Shown: one piece after another, positions 37,954 through 48,319 of the stretch | How the letters are laid out: each line of letters begins with the position of its first letter | How positions within the stretch are numbered: position 1 is the first letter of the stretch | Assembly: GCA_964389675.1 (NCBI GenBank) | Contig: CAYMEV010000016.1 | Location: forward strand, 1 to 64,000 | Source: an uncultured Candidatus Sumerlaeota bacterium | GTDB lineage: Bacteria > CAYMEV01 | DNA length: 64,000 nt | Reading direction: 5' to 3' | Position numbers and translations under genes: made by a program | The notes under the pieces: model-generated | Seen by the model: only the letters and a program-made list of their open reading frames with translations | Database searches by the model: none | Told to the model about the DNA's origin: nothing

Positions 37954-38997
37954 ATGCAGTTCGATATTTCAAGGATTATAAAAATTCTCAGGGATATAAT
38001 AGAAATTTCCAGCCCATGCGGCTTTACATATGATGTTTCTAACTATATTCAGGATTTTATCAGGGGGCTTGGCTTTAATGATATTAAAAAGCACAGGGAT
38101 TCTGTCTATATCAAGATAAATGGAAGAGAATCAAGGCATATCCCGTTTGTATGCTCTCACTTTGACACACTGGGAGCAATGGTTTCCAGCATACATGAAA
38201 GAGGAAGGCTTGGATTTACAAAAATAGGCTTTTATCATCTTTCAGTCATTGAAAATGAAAATGTCTGGGTTATCACATCTTCTGGAGAAAGATACAGGGG
38301 GACAGCTGTCTATAAGAAGCCTACAACACATGTCTTTACTCATCAGGAACTTGATGAGAAACGAAGCCTGGATAATATGGAAATAAGACTGGACACGGAA
38401 TCTCAAACAAAGAAGGATTTAGAAAAGACTGGAATAAGGGTGGGTGATTATATAGCTTTTGATACAAGGTTTGAGCATACTGAAACCGGCTTCATCAAGT
38501 CAAGGTATCTGGATGATAAAGCTTCTGTAGCAATAATGCTGTATGCCCTGGAATTAATAAGCAAACTGCCCCCGGAGGAAAGAATAATGTCATATTTCTA
38601 TTTTTCAGATCTCGAAGAAATAGGATATGGTGTTAATATGAGAATCCCCGATGAATGCAACCTGGTCCTGGCAATGGACATGGGAGCAGTGGGCAAAGAT
38701 CTCAAAACAGATGAATTTAAGGTCAGCATATGCGTTAAAGATGCTGTAATACCCTACTCTTACAAGGTAAATCAGTATTTATTGGAGCTTTGCAAAAAGA
38801 ATGATCTGGATTTTGCATTTGATGTCTACCCTCATTATGGTTCTGACATAATGCCTGTCCTGAATGCCGGATACGGCGGCGATTTTGCTTTATTCGGACC
38901 TGGGGTCGCAGCATCCCATTCCTATGAAAGGACGCACGAGAAGGGGCTGTACAACACCATGGCGCTTCTATATTCTTTCATGACTGATTTAGGATGA
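37954..38997 (+). CDS. M42-family metallopeptidase
   Basis: SHFDTLG, LDDKAS, EEIG, AMDMG, SHSYER; start ATG 37954 after CAGGAG. Confidence 0.9.
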   Translation: MQFDISRIIKILRDIIEISSPCGFTYDVSNYIQDFIRGLGFNDIKKHRDSVYIKINGRESRHIPFVCSHFDTLGAMVSSIHERGRLGFTKIGFYHLSVIENENVWVITSSGERYRGTAVYKKPTTHVFTHQELDEKRSLDNMEIRLDTESQTKKDLEKTGIRVGDYIAFDTRFEHTETGFIKSRYLDDKASVAIMLYALELISKLPPEERIMSYFYFSDLEEIGYGVNMRIPDECNLVLAMDMGAVGKDLKTDEFKVSICVKDAVIPYSYKVNQYLLELCKKNDLDFAFDVYPHYGSDIMPVLNAGYGGDFALFGPGVAASHSYERTHEKGLYNTMALLYSFMTDLG

Positions 38998-38998
38998 T

Positions 38999-41047
38999 AT
39001 GGAATTATTTTTTGACTTTATAATTTTTGCGCTTTTATTTAATCTCTTTTATCAGGCAATATTCAAATATCTGAAAACAAAGAGCCTGAAAGACCTCAAC
39101 CTGGCGTTCTCTTATCTGCTTCTTGCTTTCCTTCATTCAAGGACCTATATCCTTATTGAGGATCTAAATACCCAGAAACTGATCATTTCCCTGGGAATGT
39201 TTGTCCTGTTTTTTCTTATCTCCACATTATCAAAATATCCTGACAGGAGAAAAGCAAACCAGATTACAATGTTAAGCCTGCCCCTGTTTTTTATACCTAC
39301 ATTATTTCTTGCGGTCTCTTCATTCTATGCAATATATAGCCATTGGAGCTTTTTTAATGAGAAAAAAAGGCTGTACATGGTCTATTACATATTCAGCTAT
39401 ACCACACTTACATTTGCAGCTTTCACTCTTATGCTCGGTTACCATTATAATATGTCCAAACTTATGCCTTATTATATTCTCGTAGCTTTAGGGGTAATAT
39501 TTCTCTTTATAGGCGAACACACGGACCTCAGGACCAAGAATATAAGACAGCTCAGCAATATCGCATCAAATATATGCTCGTTTTTGCTGGCATTCACAAT
39601 ACTTGCATCCCATACAATGCTTTTATTATTCACAGAAAGCCGAATCGACCTTTTAAGGGACCATTTTCTATTCCTTATAGCGCTTTTCATTATACTTCAT
39701 ATAATATTTTCAATCGGCATGGAAACAGCCTTAAGGGATAATATAGCTTCACAGCTTCAGACACTTGGTATTATACGTGATATTCAGGCAGGAAAGGTCC
39801 CTGAGCCTCCCCCCGGGATAGACAGGGCAAATATTGCTGAAAGCCAGTCTATTCCTAATAACCTGTATAAAATATCCTCAATAATTAAAAAGCACCAGGA
39901 TTCATCTGCGGATCAGCTTAATAAGCTTAAAGAGGTTGACAGGCTCAGGGCGGAGTTTTTAAGGAATGTCAGCCACGAACTCAGGACACCTCTGACAATA
40001 ATCCTTGGTTATATAAACCTTATCTCCATCAAACTCCAGAAGGAGAACCTTAATCAGCTGCACACGTACAGTGAACATGTCAGGGCCCAGGCCTCAATAC
40101 TGCAGAGGCTTGTAGAAAACATCCTCCTGTTCTCAAAAATGGAGAAAAAGACAATGGAGCTGTATATAAGCCTGATAGATGTCCCATCAATCCTGGAAAA
40201 GCTTTTGAATGAATATGAACCCATAATAAATCATATGGATATCACAGTTGTCAAAAAGGTTACCCCATTTAAGATTTATGGTGATTATGATAAGATTTAT
40301 ACGGTATTCAGGGAATTGCTTAGCAATGCCACGAAATTTACTCCTAAAGGCGGAAATATTCTTATAAAAAGTGAAATATATGAACAACAGGATCAGGATA
40401 TTGCAAGATTTATATTCCAGGATTCAGGAATAGGCATACCTGAAGAGAAGATTGAGATTTCATTCCAGAAGTTCAAGCAGATTGATGGAGATGCAAACAG
40501 GGAATATGGAGGGACTGGAATGGGACTGCCTCTCTGTAAAGGGATTGTCGAACTCCATAATGGCAGAATAAGCATAAAAAGCAGGGAGAACCAGGGGACC
40601 AGGGTAACTGTGGATATACCTCAGAAGAAAGGTATAATAAAGAGAGTTTCCGTACCTGAAATCCCAAAAGACCTGGATCCCGGAAAGAATTATTTTCTGA
40701 TAATAGAAGATGATCCCCTGATTGGCGATCTGATCACCAGTTATCTCGAGATGAGGGGAATTATTGGAATACAGGTAAACAGCGGCAAATATGTAAATAA
40801 ATTCATAAATTCTGTAAGGCCTGTCGGCTGTACCCTGGATCTGAATCTTCCTGACATGGACGGATGGAAGGTTTATGAGACTATCAAGAGCAATAAGCAC
40901 AGCAAAGACATACCTGTTATTATCATAACAGAAGATGATGATAAGTCTTATGCCCTCAAGAAAGGAATAAGCATGTATTTAAGCAAGCCGATTGACAAGC
41001 AGACCTTTGACAGCTGTATTGATAAAATCCTGTCAGATCAGTCCTGA
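38999..41047 (+). CDS. Membrane hybrid sensor histidine kinase (HisKA-HATPase-REC)
   Basis: About 8 TM; SHELRTPL; LLSNA.KFT; DSGIGI; GGTGMGL; REC IEDD..LDLNLPDMDG..KP. Confidence 0.93.
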   Translation: MELFFDFIIFALLFNLFYQAIFKYLKTKSLKDLNLAFSYLLLAFLHSRTYILIEDLNTQKLIISLGMFVLFFLISTLSKYPDRRKANQITMLSLPLFFIPTLFLAVSSFYAIYSHWSFFNEKKRLYMVYYIFSYTTLTFAAFTLMLGYHYNMSKLMPYYILVALGVIFLFIGEHTDLRTKNIRQLSNIASNICSFLLAFTILASHTMLLLFTESRIDLLRDHFLFLIALFIILHIIFSIGMETALRDNIASQLQTLGIIRDIQAGKVPEPPPGIDRANIAESQSIPNNLYKISSIIKKHQDSSADQLNKLKEVDRLRAEFLRNVSHELRTPLTIILGYINLISIKLQKENLNQLHTYSEHVRAQASILQRLVENILLFSKMEKKTMELYISLIDVPSILEKLLNEYEPIINHMDITVVKKVTPFKIYGDYDKIYTVFRELLSNATKFTPKGGNILIKSEIYEQQDQDIARFIFQDSGIGIPEEKIEISFQKFKQIDGDANREYGGTGMGLPLCKGIVELHNGRISIKSRENQGTRVTVDIPQKKGIIKRVSVPEIPKDLDPGKNYFLIIEDDPLIGDLITSYLEMRGIIGIQVNSGKYVNKFINSVRPVGCTLDLNLPDMDGWKVYETIKSNKHSKDIPVIIITEDDDKSYALKKGISMYLSKPIDKQTFDSCIDKILSDQS

Positions 41048-41052
41048 ATCAG

Positions 41053-42120
41053 CTAATCAATTTCTATAAGGTTAAAGTCAATATTTCCAAGCCCGATATC
41101 CTGAGCGTATTTCAGCTGTACAGTATAATCAATATCATATGCTTTATCTCTCAGTCTCGTACTGTTTATCTCCTTAATAAGGTAGAGGCTTGCAGTATCG
41201 ATTGCAACAGGATCGTTTGATGCAAGTATGCCTATATCATCAAAAATGGGTGTCTGGGATTTCCTAATGCAGTCGCAGTCCTTTGTAATATTCATCAGTA
41301 CATTTATATAGGAGGTCTTTTCTTGTTTTCCGCTGACTGCTCCGCATGCATATTCAACTATTTTTTCCTGGAATTCAACAGGGTCTATCCTCCAGTCAAA
41401 TTTAACCGCATCATATCTGCATACAGCAAGGCATTGCCCGCAGCCGATGCATATTGCAGGGTCAATTTTTGCTTTCTTGTCCACGATTGATATTGCCTGC
41501 TGAGGACACCATGAAATACATTGATAACATGCTGTGCATTTACCCTTATTGATCTTTGGCTTCATTTTTGAATGCATTTTCAGTTTTCCCTTCCTGCTTG
41601 CGCATCCCATCCCGAGATTCTTAATTGCGCCGCCGTACCCTGCTGACAAATGCCCTGTAGGGTGGCTTATTACAAGCATTCCATGTGCCATGGCGATATC
41701 CGACGCAATATTCACTGTTTTGAAATGCTTTTTATTGATAGGGATTTCTATATTGTTTGTTCCGAGAAGCCCATCTGCTATTATTATCGGTACGCCTGCC
41801 TTTTTACTGTAAAGCCCCCTCTCTTCCATAAGATTCAAATGATCTATGGAGTTTTTTCTTCTGCTTTGATAAAGGACATTGGTATCTGTAATGAATATCC
41901 TGCTGGTTTTTTCCTTCAGGTCAGATATAAGCTGAAATATGATCTCAGGCCTTATTGATGTAGTATTCAGTTCTTCACCACAATGGATCTTTACTGCTAC
42001 AAAATCCTCCTGGTCTATCTCAAAACATATATTTGACCTGTTAAAAAGATAGCTTATTCTTTTTAAAAGCCTGTCAAAAGGCTCAAAATTTTTAGCCCTC
42101 AGTAAAAATACATCATTCAT
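41053..42120 (-). CDS. DUF362 domain protein with two 4Fe-4S ferredoxin motifs
   Basis: VKIHCGE, TDTN.LY, GGAIKNLGMGC, two CxxCxxCxxxC, CDC, DPVAID. Confidence 0.9.
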   Translation of the reverse strand: MNDVFLLRAKNFEPFDRLLKRISYLFNRSNICFEIDQEDFVAVKIHCGEELNTTSIRPEIIFQLISDLKEKTSRIFITDTNVLYQSRRKNSIDHLNLMEERGLYSKKAGVPIIIADGLLGTNNIEIPINKKHFKTVNIASDIAMAHGMLVISHPTGHLSAGYGGAIKNLGMGCASRKGKLKMHSKMKPKINKGKCTACYQCISWCPQQAISIVDKKAKIDPAICIGCGQCLAVCRYDAVKFDWRIDPVEFQEKIVEYACGAVSGKQEKTSYINVLMNITKDCDCIRKSQTPIFDDIGILASNDPVAIDTASLYLIKEINSTRLRDKAYDIDYTVQLKYAQDIGLGNIDFNLIEID

Positions 42121-42131
42121 AGGATGCCCTT

Positions 42132-43490
42132 CTAATCCAGTTTTTTATGGGGGAACCTGCTTTTATTGAATATAAGTGATGTAGGTTTATTAAGCCTGTT
42201 TTTCAGGTTATTGGCAATATTGGTTGGAAGGCTTACACTGTTTTTTACAAAGCTTTTCTCATCATTCTCATCTTCAAAAAAGAATTCATCGACATCCTCC
42301 ATCTCTTCGCTAAAATTATTCTGTTTTACCGGATCACTTGATCTGGTGAAATCAATAGCTACATTCATCGGAGCAGGTTCAGCAGCAGTCTTTTTTGTTT
42401 CGAGAATATTTGATTTTTTTGTCATTCCCATATAAATGCCCTGGTTATCGCTGTTATTCCATCTGAAGCCTGTAATTATCAATAATACCTTTATGCTGTC
42501 ACCCATGGAATGGTCAAAGCCAAACCCCCATTTTAAGTCCGCTTTTGGAGATTTATCCCTGATATAATCACCTACACTGGTAAGTTCTTTGAGTATCAGG
42601 TTCTGCGGAGCACCTATAAAATAGAGTATAATTCCCTCTGCATCATCAATATTATATGATTCCATCAGGGGATGATTCAATGCCTGATTTAGTGCCTTCT
42701 GCGCCTTATCCTCTCCTGAAGCTACTCCAATACCTATAATTGCGGAGCCTTTGCCATGGGTAATTGCCTTGAGGTCCTGAAAATCAACATTCATCTGGCC
42801 GATATCATTGACAATATGCGAAATTGTCTCAACTGTATCTTTCAGGGTATTGTCAGCCAGCTGGAATGCATCCTCTATCTTTATTGATATATTGCTTTTA
42901 TCAATAAGCTTCTGATTGGAAATAACTATAAGTGTGTCTACATTCTCCTGAAGCCTGCCAAGGCCTTCGTGGGCAGCTCTCAGCTTTTTATCACCTTCAA
43001 ACTGGAATGGAGTATATACAATAGCCAGTGTCAATATTCCCATTCCTTTAGCAATCTCGGCAATAATCGGCAGAACACCTGTTCCAGTTCCCCCACCCAT
43101 TCCTGCTGTCAAAATTACCATATCCGTATTTTCCAGGACGCTCCTGAAGGTTTCTTCGGCCTCCCTGGCAGCATTTTCACCCACTGTGGGCATACCGCCG
43201 GCTCCCTGTTTTGTTTTGCCTACAGGTATGCGTATATGCGCAGGCACATCGTTTAATGATTGAGCATCAAGGTTTACTGCAATGAATTTAACATTGTTTG
43301 GATAATTTCCGCTTATCAGCCTTTTTATTGCATTGCATCCAGCTCCTCCTGCTCCCAGAACCTTAATGTTTACAATGTGTTCCGTCCTTTCCTGGTCCAT
43401 GCCTATGGGCAGTTCCTTTTTGGGACCTTCATTTTCATCCTGAACAAAATCACAGTCAAAAATGTTGTATTTTGTATCAAAATCTTCCAT
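42132..43490 (-). CDS. ftsZ: Cell division protein FtsZ (divergent)
   Basis: IKVLGAGGAGCNA, GMGGGTGTG, PF.FEG, NVDFQD; last dcw gene. Confidence 0.95.
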   Translation of the reverse strand: MEDFDTKYNIFDCDFVQDENEGPKKELPIGMDQERTEHIVNIKVLGAGGAGCNAIKRLISGNYPNNVKFIAVNLDAQSLNDVPAHIRIPVGKTKQGAGGMPTVGENAAREAEETFRSVLENTDMVILTAGMGGGTGTGVLPIIAEIAKGMGILTLAIVYTPFQFEGDKKLRAAHEGLGRLQENVDTLIVISNQKLIDKSNISIKIEDAFQLADNTLKDTVETISHIVNDIGQMNVDFQDLKAITHGKGSAIIGIGVASGEDKAQKALNQALNHPLMESYNIDDAEGIILYFIGAPQNLILKELTSVGDYIRDKSPKADLKWGFGFDHSMGDSIKVLLIITGFRWNNSDNQGIYMGMTKKSNILETKKTAAEPAPMNVAIDFTRSSDPVKQNNFSEEMEDVDEFFFEDENDEKSFVKNSVSLPTNIANNLKNRLNKPTSLIFNKSRFPHKKLD

Positions 43491-43513
43491 TTTTACCCTC
43501 CATTTATTTTAAT

Positions 43514-45064
43514 TTAGAAGAACCTTATATTTAAATCTTTTTTAGATATAATATTTATATTTGCTGAAATTGTGTCATTGTCATCCGGGTCATAATCCTC
43601 ATAATCAAGGCTGAACATATAGCTCAAAGCACCAAGAGCAACAGCTGTAGATTTATTGAAATAATACATGTTCTCAGAAGAAAGCTCATTATGGTAATTG
43701 ATCTTGGTTTTCAAAAAAAGGTTAAATCTTTCCTGACTGTTCAAACTATGAAGCAGTAGCTGTTCAAATACGTATTTTTTGTTGATTTCAAGAGGATTAC
43801 CCCCTGCAGGCTCATAATGGAGTTCGGCTCCTCCCCCTACTACCATCAATGCACCGTCATATTCCTGGTCTTCCAGATCAAAGGCTATATTCCTGTCAAT
43901 AAATGAAAGTTCATACATAAGCTGATCAATTATTTCATTACTTATCGGCTTTTCTCTTGAATCCTTGTAAACCTTTATTTTTGTATTTATAATGGCATCC
44001 GCCTTCCTTTTTATGTTCTTATTCAGCCTTTCATCGAGCATCACAGCATACTTTATCTCATAAAGCCTGTTAAGGTTAATTATATGATTGATGAAAGAGC
44101 TGATTTCAAATGTGATCTCGGAAAGCCTGTTATTGTATAGGTCCATTATCATTTCCAGAGGCATCCAGCCTTTTTGATCATCCATCTTACGGTAACCGGC
44201 ATATCCTTTAGGATCCTGGATAAATTTTGAATATATCTCCTTGAAGCGATGCTTTATATCATCTGCAACAGATGGCGTACAGTGGAAATGCCTGCACATA
44301 TCGTCTGTAATGGATTTGGATCCTGTGTCTATACTGAACAATCCTACAAGGTATTTCTTAAATACTGTAATACTGGTAGTTTCAGCACCAATATCAACAA
44401 GTATGGAGCCTTTGTCTTTTTCATTTTCATTGAACATTGAAATAAAACCGATCACATTATCAAAGACAACCTCCTCAAGAATGCATCCTATTTCCTTCAG
44501 CAGCTGCCTCCAGGTCCTGTCTATCGATTCATCAAGATATGTATAGATATAGTCGCATGAAAGGACTTTGCACATCTGCTTATTAGGATTTGGGTAAAAT
44601 CTTTTATTATCGCAATATGTTGTCCTTGGAATAAAATCAGCTGTGCTCCCTTCGCCTACCTGTCTTTGTATCTTCCTGCCGCATTTCCTGTACAGATTAA
44701 AAATATCAGTCGAAGAGACCAGTTTTAATCGTTGTGAAATAAGGGTTCTCATATCATCAGATATAAACCCATAGTCAAAATATGCAGATGCTGCAGGCAA
44801 TCCCAGATAAATATTCAGTATATTGATGTTAAGCAGAGGGTGGCTCTTCTTAAGCTTTTCCCTGACTTCTATGACAGCCTTTTTCAGCTCTCTTTTTGCA
44901 AGGTCGAAATTTACGATCCTTCCATTTAAAAAAGCCCCACCGGTTGGTATGGAGTGCAGGCTGATTATATCGATAAGCCCATATTCCTTTTTTATTGCAA
45001 CTATAATATCTATATGAGAGGTACCTACTGATATATAGTTTATCTGTCTGGCCCTGTTATCCAT
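43514..45064 (-). CDS. ftsA: Cell division protein FtsA (highly divergent, with insertion)
   Basis: Between ftsQ and ftsZ; E...G..LVDIGA.TT, G...IT.D.......A..IK, VGGGAEL. Confidence 0.75.
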   Translation of the reverse strand: MDNRARQINYISVGTSHIDIIVAIKKEYGLIDIISLHSIPTGGAFLNGRIVNFDLAKRELKKAVIEVREKLKKSHPLLNINILNIYLGLPAASAYFDYGFISDDMRTLISQRLKLVSSTDIFNLYRKCGRKIQRQVGEGSTADFIPRTTYCDNKRFYPNPNKQMCKVLSCDYIYTYLDESIDRTWRQLLKEIGCILEEVVFDNVIGFISMFNENEKDKGSILVDIGAETTSITVFKKYLVGLFSIDTGSKSITDDMCRHFHCTPSVADDIKHRFKEIYSKFIQDPKGYAGYRKMDDQKGWMPLEMIMDLYNNRLSEITFEISSFINHIINLNRLYEIKYAVMLDERLNKNIKRKADAIINTKIKVYKDSREKPISNEIIDQLMYELSFIDRNIAFDLEDQEYDGALMVVGGGAELHYEPAGGNPLEINKKYVFEQLLLHSLNSQERFNLFLKTKINYHNELSSENMYYFNKSTAVALGALSYMFSLDYEDYDPDDNDTISANINIISKKDLNIRFF

Positions 45065-45875
45065 AAATACTTTGATTTCTCCTGACTACAACCATATTCT
45101 TAAATCTGAGATCAATTATACAGCCGGCATAATCCCCTTCCTTTTTTATGGCTTGCAGTATTTTTTCAAGCCTGTCATCAAATCTGGGGGATATGGATAT
45201 ATTAGGGATGATCATTTTAATTTTATCACCCACAGCTTCAGTATAGAGAAAACCTATCTGATATCTGTTTATATGGAAATTGCTGTCAAAGCAGTTGTGA
45301 AACATGATAATGTTCTTAAGGGCCTCCTGCCGCTTTGAAACAGATGAAGTATTTACTTCAACCTTAATAAGGTCATTCCTTTCATAGCCCGGCAAAGAGC
45401 AAATATTCCCCTTTTTATCTATGAACAGATCAGATTCGCCATCTGTCGTCTTTGCCCAGAAATCTCTTTCCCTTATGCCTATATCAAGCATTAAAGGAAA
45501 CATTGAATATGAGATAGAAACTGAATCTACCCGCCTGTTTTTCAGAATATCTTCCTTAAGGCCCTCAAGGCTTATACTTAACATGTGTTTTCCCTTAATT
45601 CTGAACAGATCATTTTTTATCTCAGTTTTCAGGGCTATGTCCTGACAGCTGATAGAAATATCCGATACATAAAAAAGCCCGTTTTTTTCAAAAATTGTAA
45701 TTGACCCTATAAGTATGAAAAGAAGTATAAGCAGCTGAATAACCGGCAGCAGGATGCCATAATCCTTTTGACCGGCAAAATCTCTCTGGCTGGATGAATA
45801 GTATGCACATCCGTATTTCTCTCCTGCTCTAAAAGGAGTTTTAAGATGCGTGCTTCTGTATTTTATGTTACTCAT
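45057..45875 (-). CDS. ftsQ: FtsQ/DivIB-like protein
   Basis: One TM, POTRA-like segment ending I.ER, C-terminal IDLRF; position. Confidence 0.75.
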   Translation of the reverse strand: MSNIKYRSTHLKTPFRAGEKYGCAYYSSSQRDFAGQKDYGILLPVIQLLILLFILIGSITIFEKNGLFYVSDISISCQDIALKTEIKNDLFRIKGKHMLSISLEGLKEDILKNRRVDSVSISYSMFPLMLDIGIRERDFWAKTTDGESDLFIDKKGNICSLPGYERNDLIKVEVNTSSVSKRQEALKNIIMFHNCFDSNFHINRYQIGFLYTEAVGDKIKMIIPNISISPRFDDRLEKILQAIKKEGDYAGCIIDLRFKNMVVVRRNQSIYG

Positions 45876-47241
45876 CCTTGAAATACCTCTTCACATATTC
45901 ACCAAGCGGTCCTGCGCTGGAGATGAGCATGACTGCCTTTTCACCGGTATTATCCTTTATATATGAGATAATGCTCTTATAAGCCTCAATGAAAATCACA
46001 TCAGGGAAATATTTCCTGATATCATTGATACTCCCTGTAATATTAAACGACTCATTGGGGTCCATTCTTGCCTTAAAAACCTCTGTCAGAATAAGTTTAT
46101 CAGCAAAGGAAAATGCATTTACAAAATCATTAAAAAAGTATTTCAATCTGCTGGGCATATGGGGTTCAAATGCAAGTATGATCCTGGTACCCCTGTGTTT
46201 TTCCCTCAGGGCATCCAGCGCACTCCTGAGTTCAGTAGGGTGATGGGAATAATCGATGTATATCTGAAGATTATCTTTCTTACCTATATATTCAAGCCTT
46301 TTTGATACGCCCTTATACCTTTTCATGCTCTCTAATATAATATTCTTCGGGATACCAAGCTCTTTCATCAATGTAAAGGAAGCAATGAAATTTTCAGCGT
46401 TGTAGAGGCCAAAGATCTGTGTTTTGACTTCTATGGCTTCAGAGTAATAATCAAGCACAAAATCAGTATGATTCAGCCTTTCTTTGAGAAAAACATCTGC
46501 AGTTTCATATGCAGAATATGATATGCAGTTGATCTTTCTTCTCTTCGCATCAATGAGATTTGCCAAATCCTTATATGAACTGTTGTAAATCACAGTTTTT
46601 ATTGATTTCTTCTCGATAAGTTCCTTGAACAGATCGATAAATTCATCCTTTGTATATGATTCAGGATGATCCCATTCCATTGAGCTTATAAGAAGTATTT
46701 CCGGTGATAGAAGGAGTATGTCCCTATTGCTTTCGTCACCTTCAAGTATAAAGTACTCGCTTTCAGTAAATTCCATTGCTGGAGGAAAATCAACCGGTAT
46801 TGCCCCTATCATGAATGAGGGCTTCTTTTCACCTGACATGCCTATATTGGAACTTAATGCAGTAATAGTAGATTTTCCATGAGTCCCTGTAATAAGGACC
46901 AGCCTTTTTTCTTCAGTTATCTGTGCGAGTTTCTCAGGCCTGGAAGAAATGCTGATGCCCCTTTCCTCAGCACATAATAATTCCGGATTATCCCTGTCTA
47001 TGGCCTTTGAGTAGATAACCTCATCGGGCATTGCTTCAAGAATGTTTGCAGCACTATGCCTGTTGTAAAATCTGATCCTGTCCCTGTATGAATAAAGATA
47101 CTGATGTTTATCAAGCTCCTGGACATCTGATCCGGATACATCAATATTATTGTCTATAAGGTATTTTGCCATTGATGTCATGCCGGTCCCCAGAATGCCG
47201 ATCAAAAAAGCACTTTTAATAGATTTGTTTTTTATTTTCAT
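45868..47241 (-). CDS. murC: UDP-N-acetylmuramate--L-alanine ligase (MurC/Mpl family)
   Basis: GILGTGM, GSD, GTHGKST, EGDES, DH, DYSHHPTE, FEPH. Confidence 0.85.
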   Translation of the reverse strand: MKIKNKSIKSAFLIGILGTGMTSMAKYLIDNNIDVSGSDVQELDKHQYLYSYRDRIRFYNRHSAANILEAMPDEVIYSKAIDRDNPELLCAEERGISISSRPEKLAQITEEKRLVLITGTHGKSTITALSSNIGMSGEKKPSFMIGAIPVDFPPAMEFTESEYFILEGDESNRDILLLSPEILLISSMEWDHPESYTKDEFIDLFKELIEKKSIKTVIYNSSYKDLANLIDAKRRKINCISYSAYETADVFLKERLNHTDFVLDYYSEAIEVKTQIFGLYNAENFIASFTLMKELGIPKNIILESMKRYKGVSKRLEYIGKKDNLQIYIDYSHHPTELRSALDALREKHRGTRIILAFEPHMPSRLKYFFNDFVNAFSFADKLILTEVFKARMDPNESFNITGSINDIRKYFPDVIFIEAYKSIISYIKDNTGEKAVMLISSAGPLGEYVKRYFKDE

Positions 47242-48319
47242 AATCCACTCTTAGAATAAATCCAATCATCATCATAGTCGCAAGGTAGCTGGATCCTCCA
47301 AAGGAAAACAGGGGCAGGGGCAATCCTTTGGACGGAAGAAGACTTACAGCTACACAAAGATTCAGGCATATCTGCAGGCCAAGCAGAAATACCATGCCGA
47401 ATACTGCATATTTGTTGAAAAAATCATTGTAGCTGGTTACAAATGAAATATGGAATCCTTCAAAAATCAGTATTACATATAAAATGATCAGGGATAAAGA
47501 CCCTAATAGGCCGGTTTCTTCAGCATATATTGAGAATATATAATCAGTGTGGCTCTCTCTGAGGAAAAAGCATTTATTAAAGCTGTTCCCGTATCCTTTA
47601 CCTGTCAGGCCTCCTGTTGCAATGCCCAATATGCTCTTGTATGGCTGGTAGCCCTTGTCAAACCTGTCGATTTCCGGATTGAAAGCAACTTTTACCCTCT
47701 CCATTCTCCATGGATGGAAGATAATGAACAGGGAAGCCAGTACAGCAAGGATTAAAACACAGATAACAAGTATCTTGATGTTAAATCCAGCAATATATAT
47801 CAGTATCAGGGCAGTTAACGACAGTATCATTGCATTTCCAAGGTCAGGCTCCAATGCTATCAGAATAAAAAACCCTATTATAACAAGCATTTCCTTCTTC
47901 AGATATCTTAATTCAAATTTATTCTCGCGGATTTTTGCAAGCCAGGCTGCAAGCCCTATAATAACAGCAATCTTCGCAAATTCAGACGGCTGTACCTGCA
48001 TACCGGATAAACCGATCCACCTTCTTGCTCCATTTATATTCATCCCTATACCAGGTATAAGAATGATTGAAAGCATAAAAAAGGAAAATATCATAAATGG
48101 CACAGCATATTCCTTTATTTTTTTGGTTTCAACCGAAAATACAGCTGCCATAAGGATAAAACCAATAATAACTGTGATTATTCTTTTCCTGATAAAAGAA
48201 TCAGCATTTTCTCTGAACTGTATATCAGTAATATTAATTATGAACAGGGTTCCTATTACAGTAATTACCAGAATGGGGAAAATTATATGCCTGTTTGTTT
48301 TTAATATATAATCAAGCAT
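47216..48319 (-). CDS. ftsW: SEDS peptidoglycan polymerase FtsW
   Basis: NGARRWI, QPSEFAK, EPDLG, GYQ, HTDYIFS..EE.G, PSKGLPLP..SFGGSS. Confidence 0.93.
   Translation of the reverse strand: MLDYILKTNRHIIFPILVITVIGTLFIINITDIQFRENADSFIRKRIITVIIGFILMAAVFSVETKKIKEYAVPFMIFSFFMLSIILIPGIGMNINGARRWIGLSGMQVQPSEFAKIAVIIGLAAWLAKIRENKFELRYLKKEMLVIIGFFILIALEPDLGNAMILSLTALILIYIAGFNIKILVICVLILAVLASLFIIFHPWRMERVKVAFNPEIDRFDKGYQPYKSILGIATGGLTGKGYGNSFNKCFFLRESHTDYIFSIYAEETGLLGSLSLIILYVILIFEGFHISFVTSYNDFFNKYAVFGMVFLLGLQICLNLCVAVSLLPSKGLPLPLFSFGGSSYLATMMMIGFILRVDYENKKQIY

Noticed and set aside
47655-48311. 218-aa plus-strand ORF
   Set aside because: Antisense shadow of ftsW. The same applies to the many other short antisense or nested ORFs in the track.
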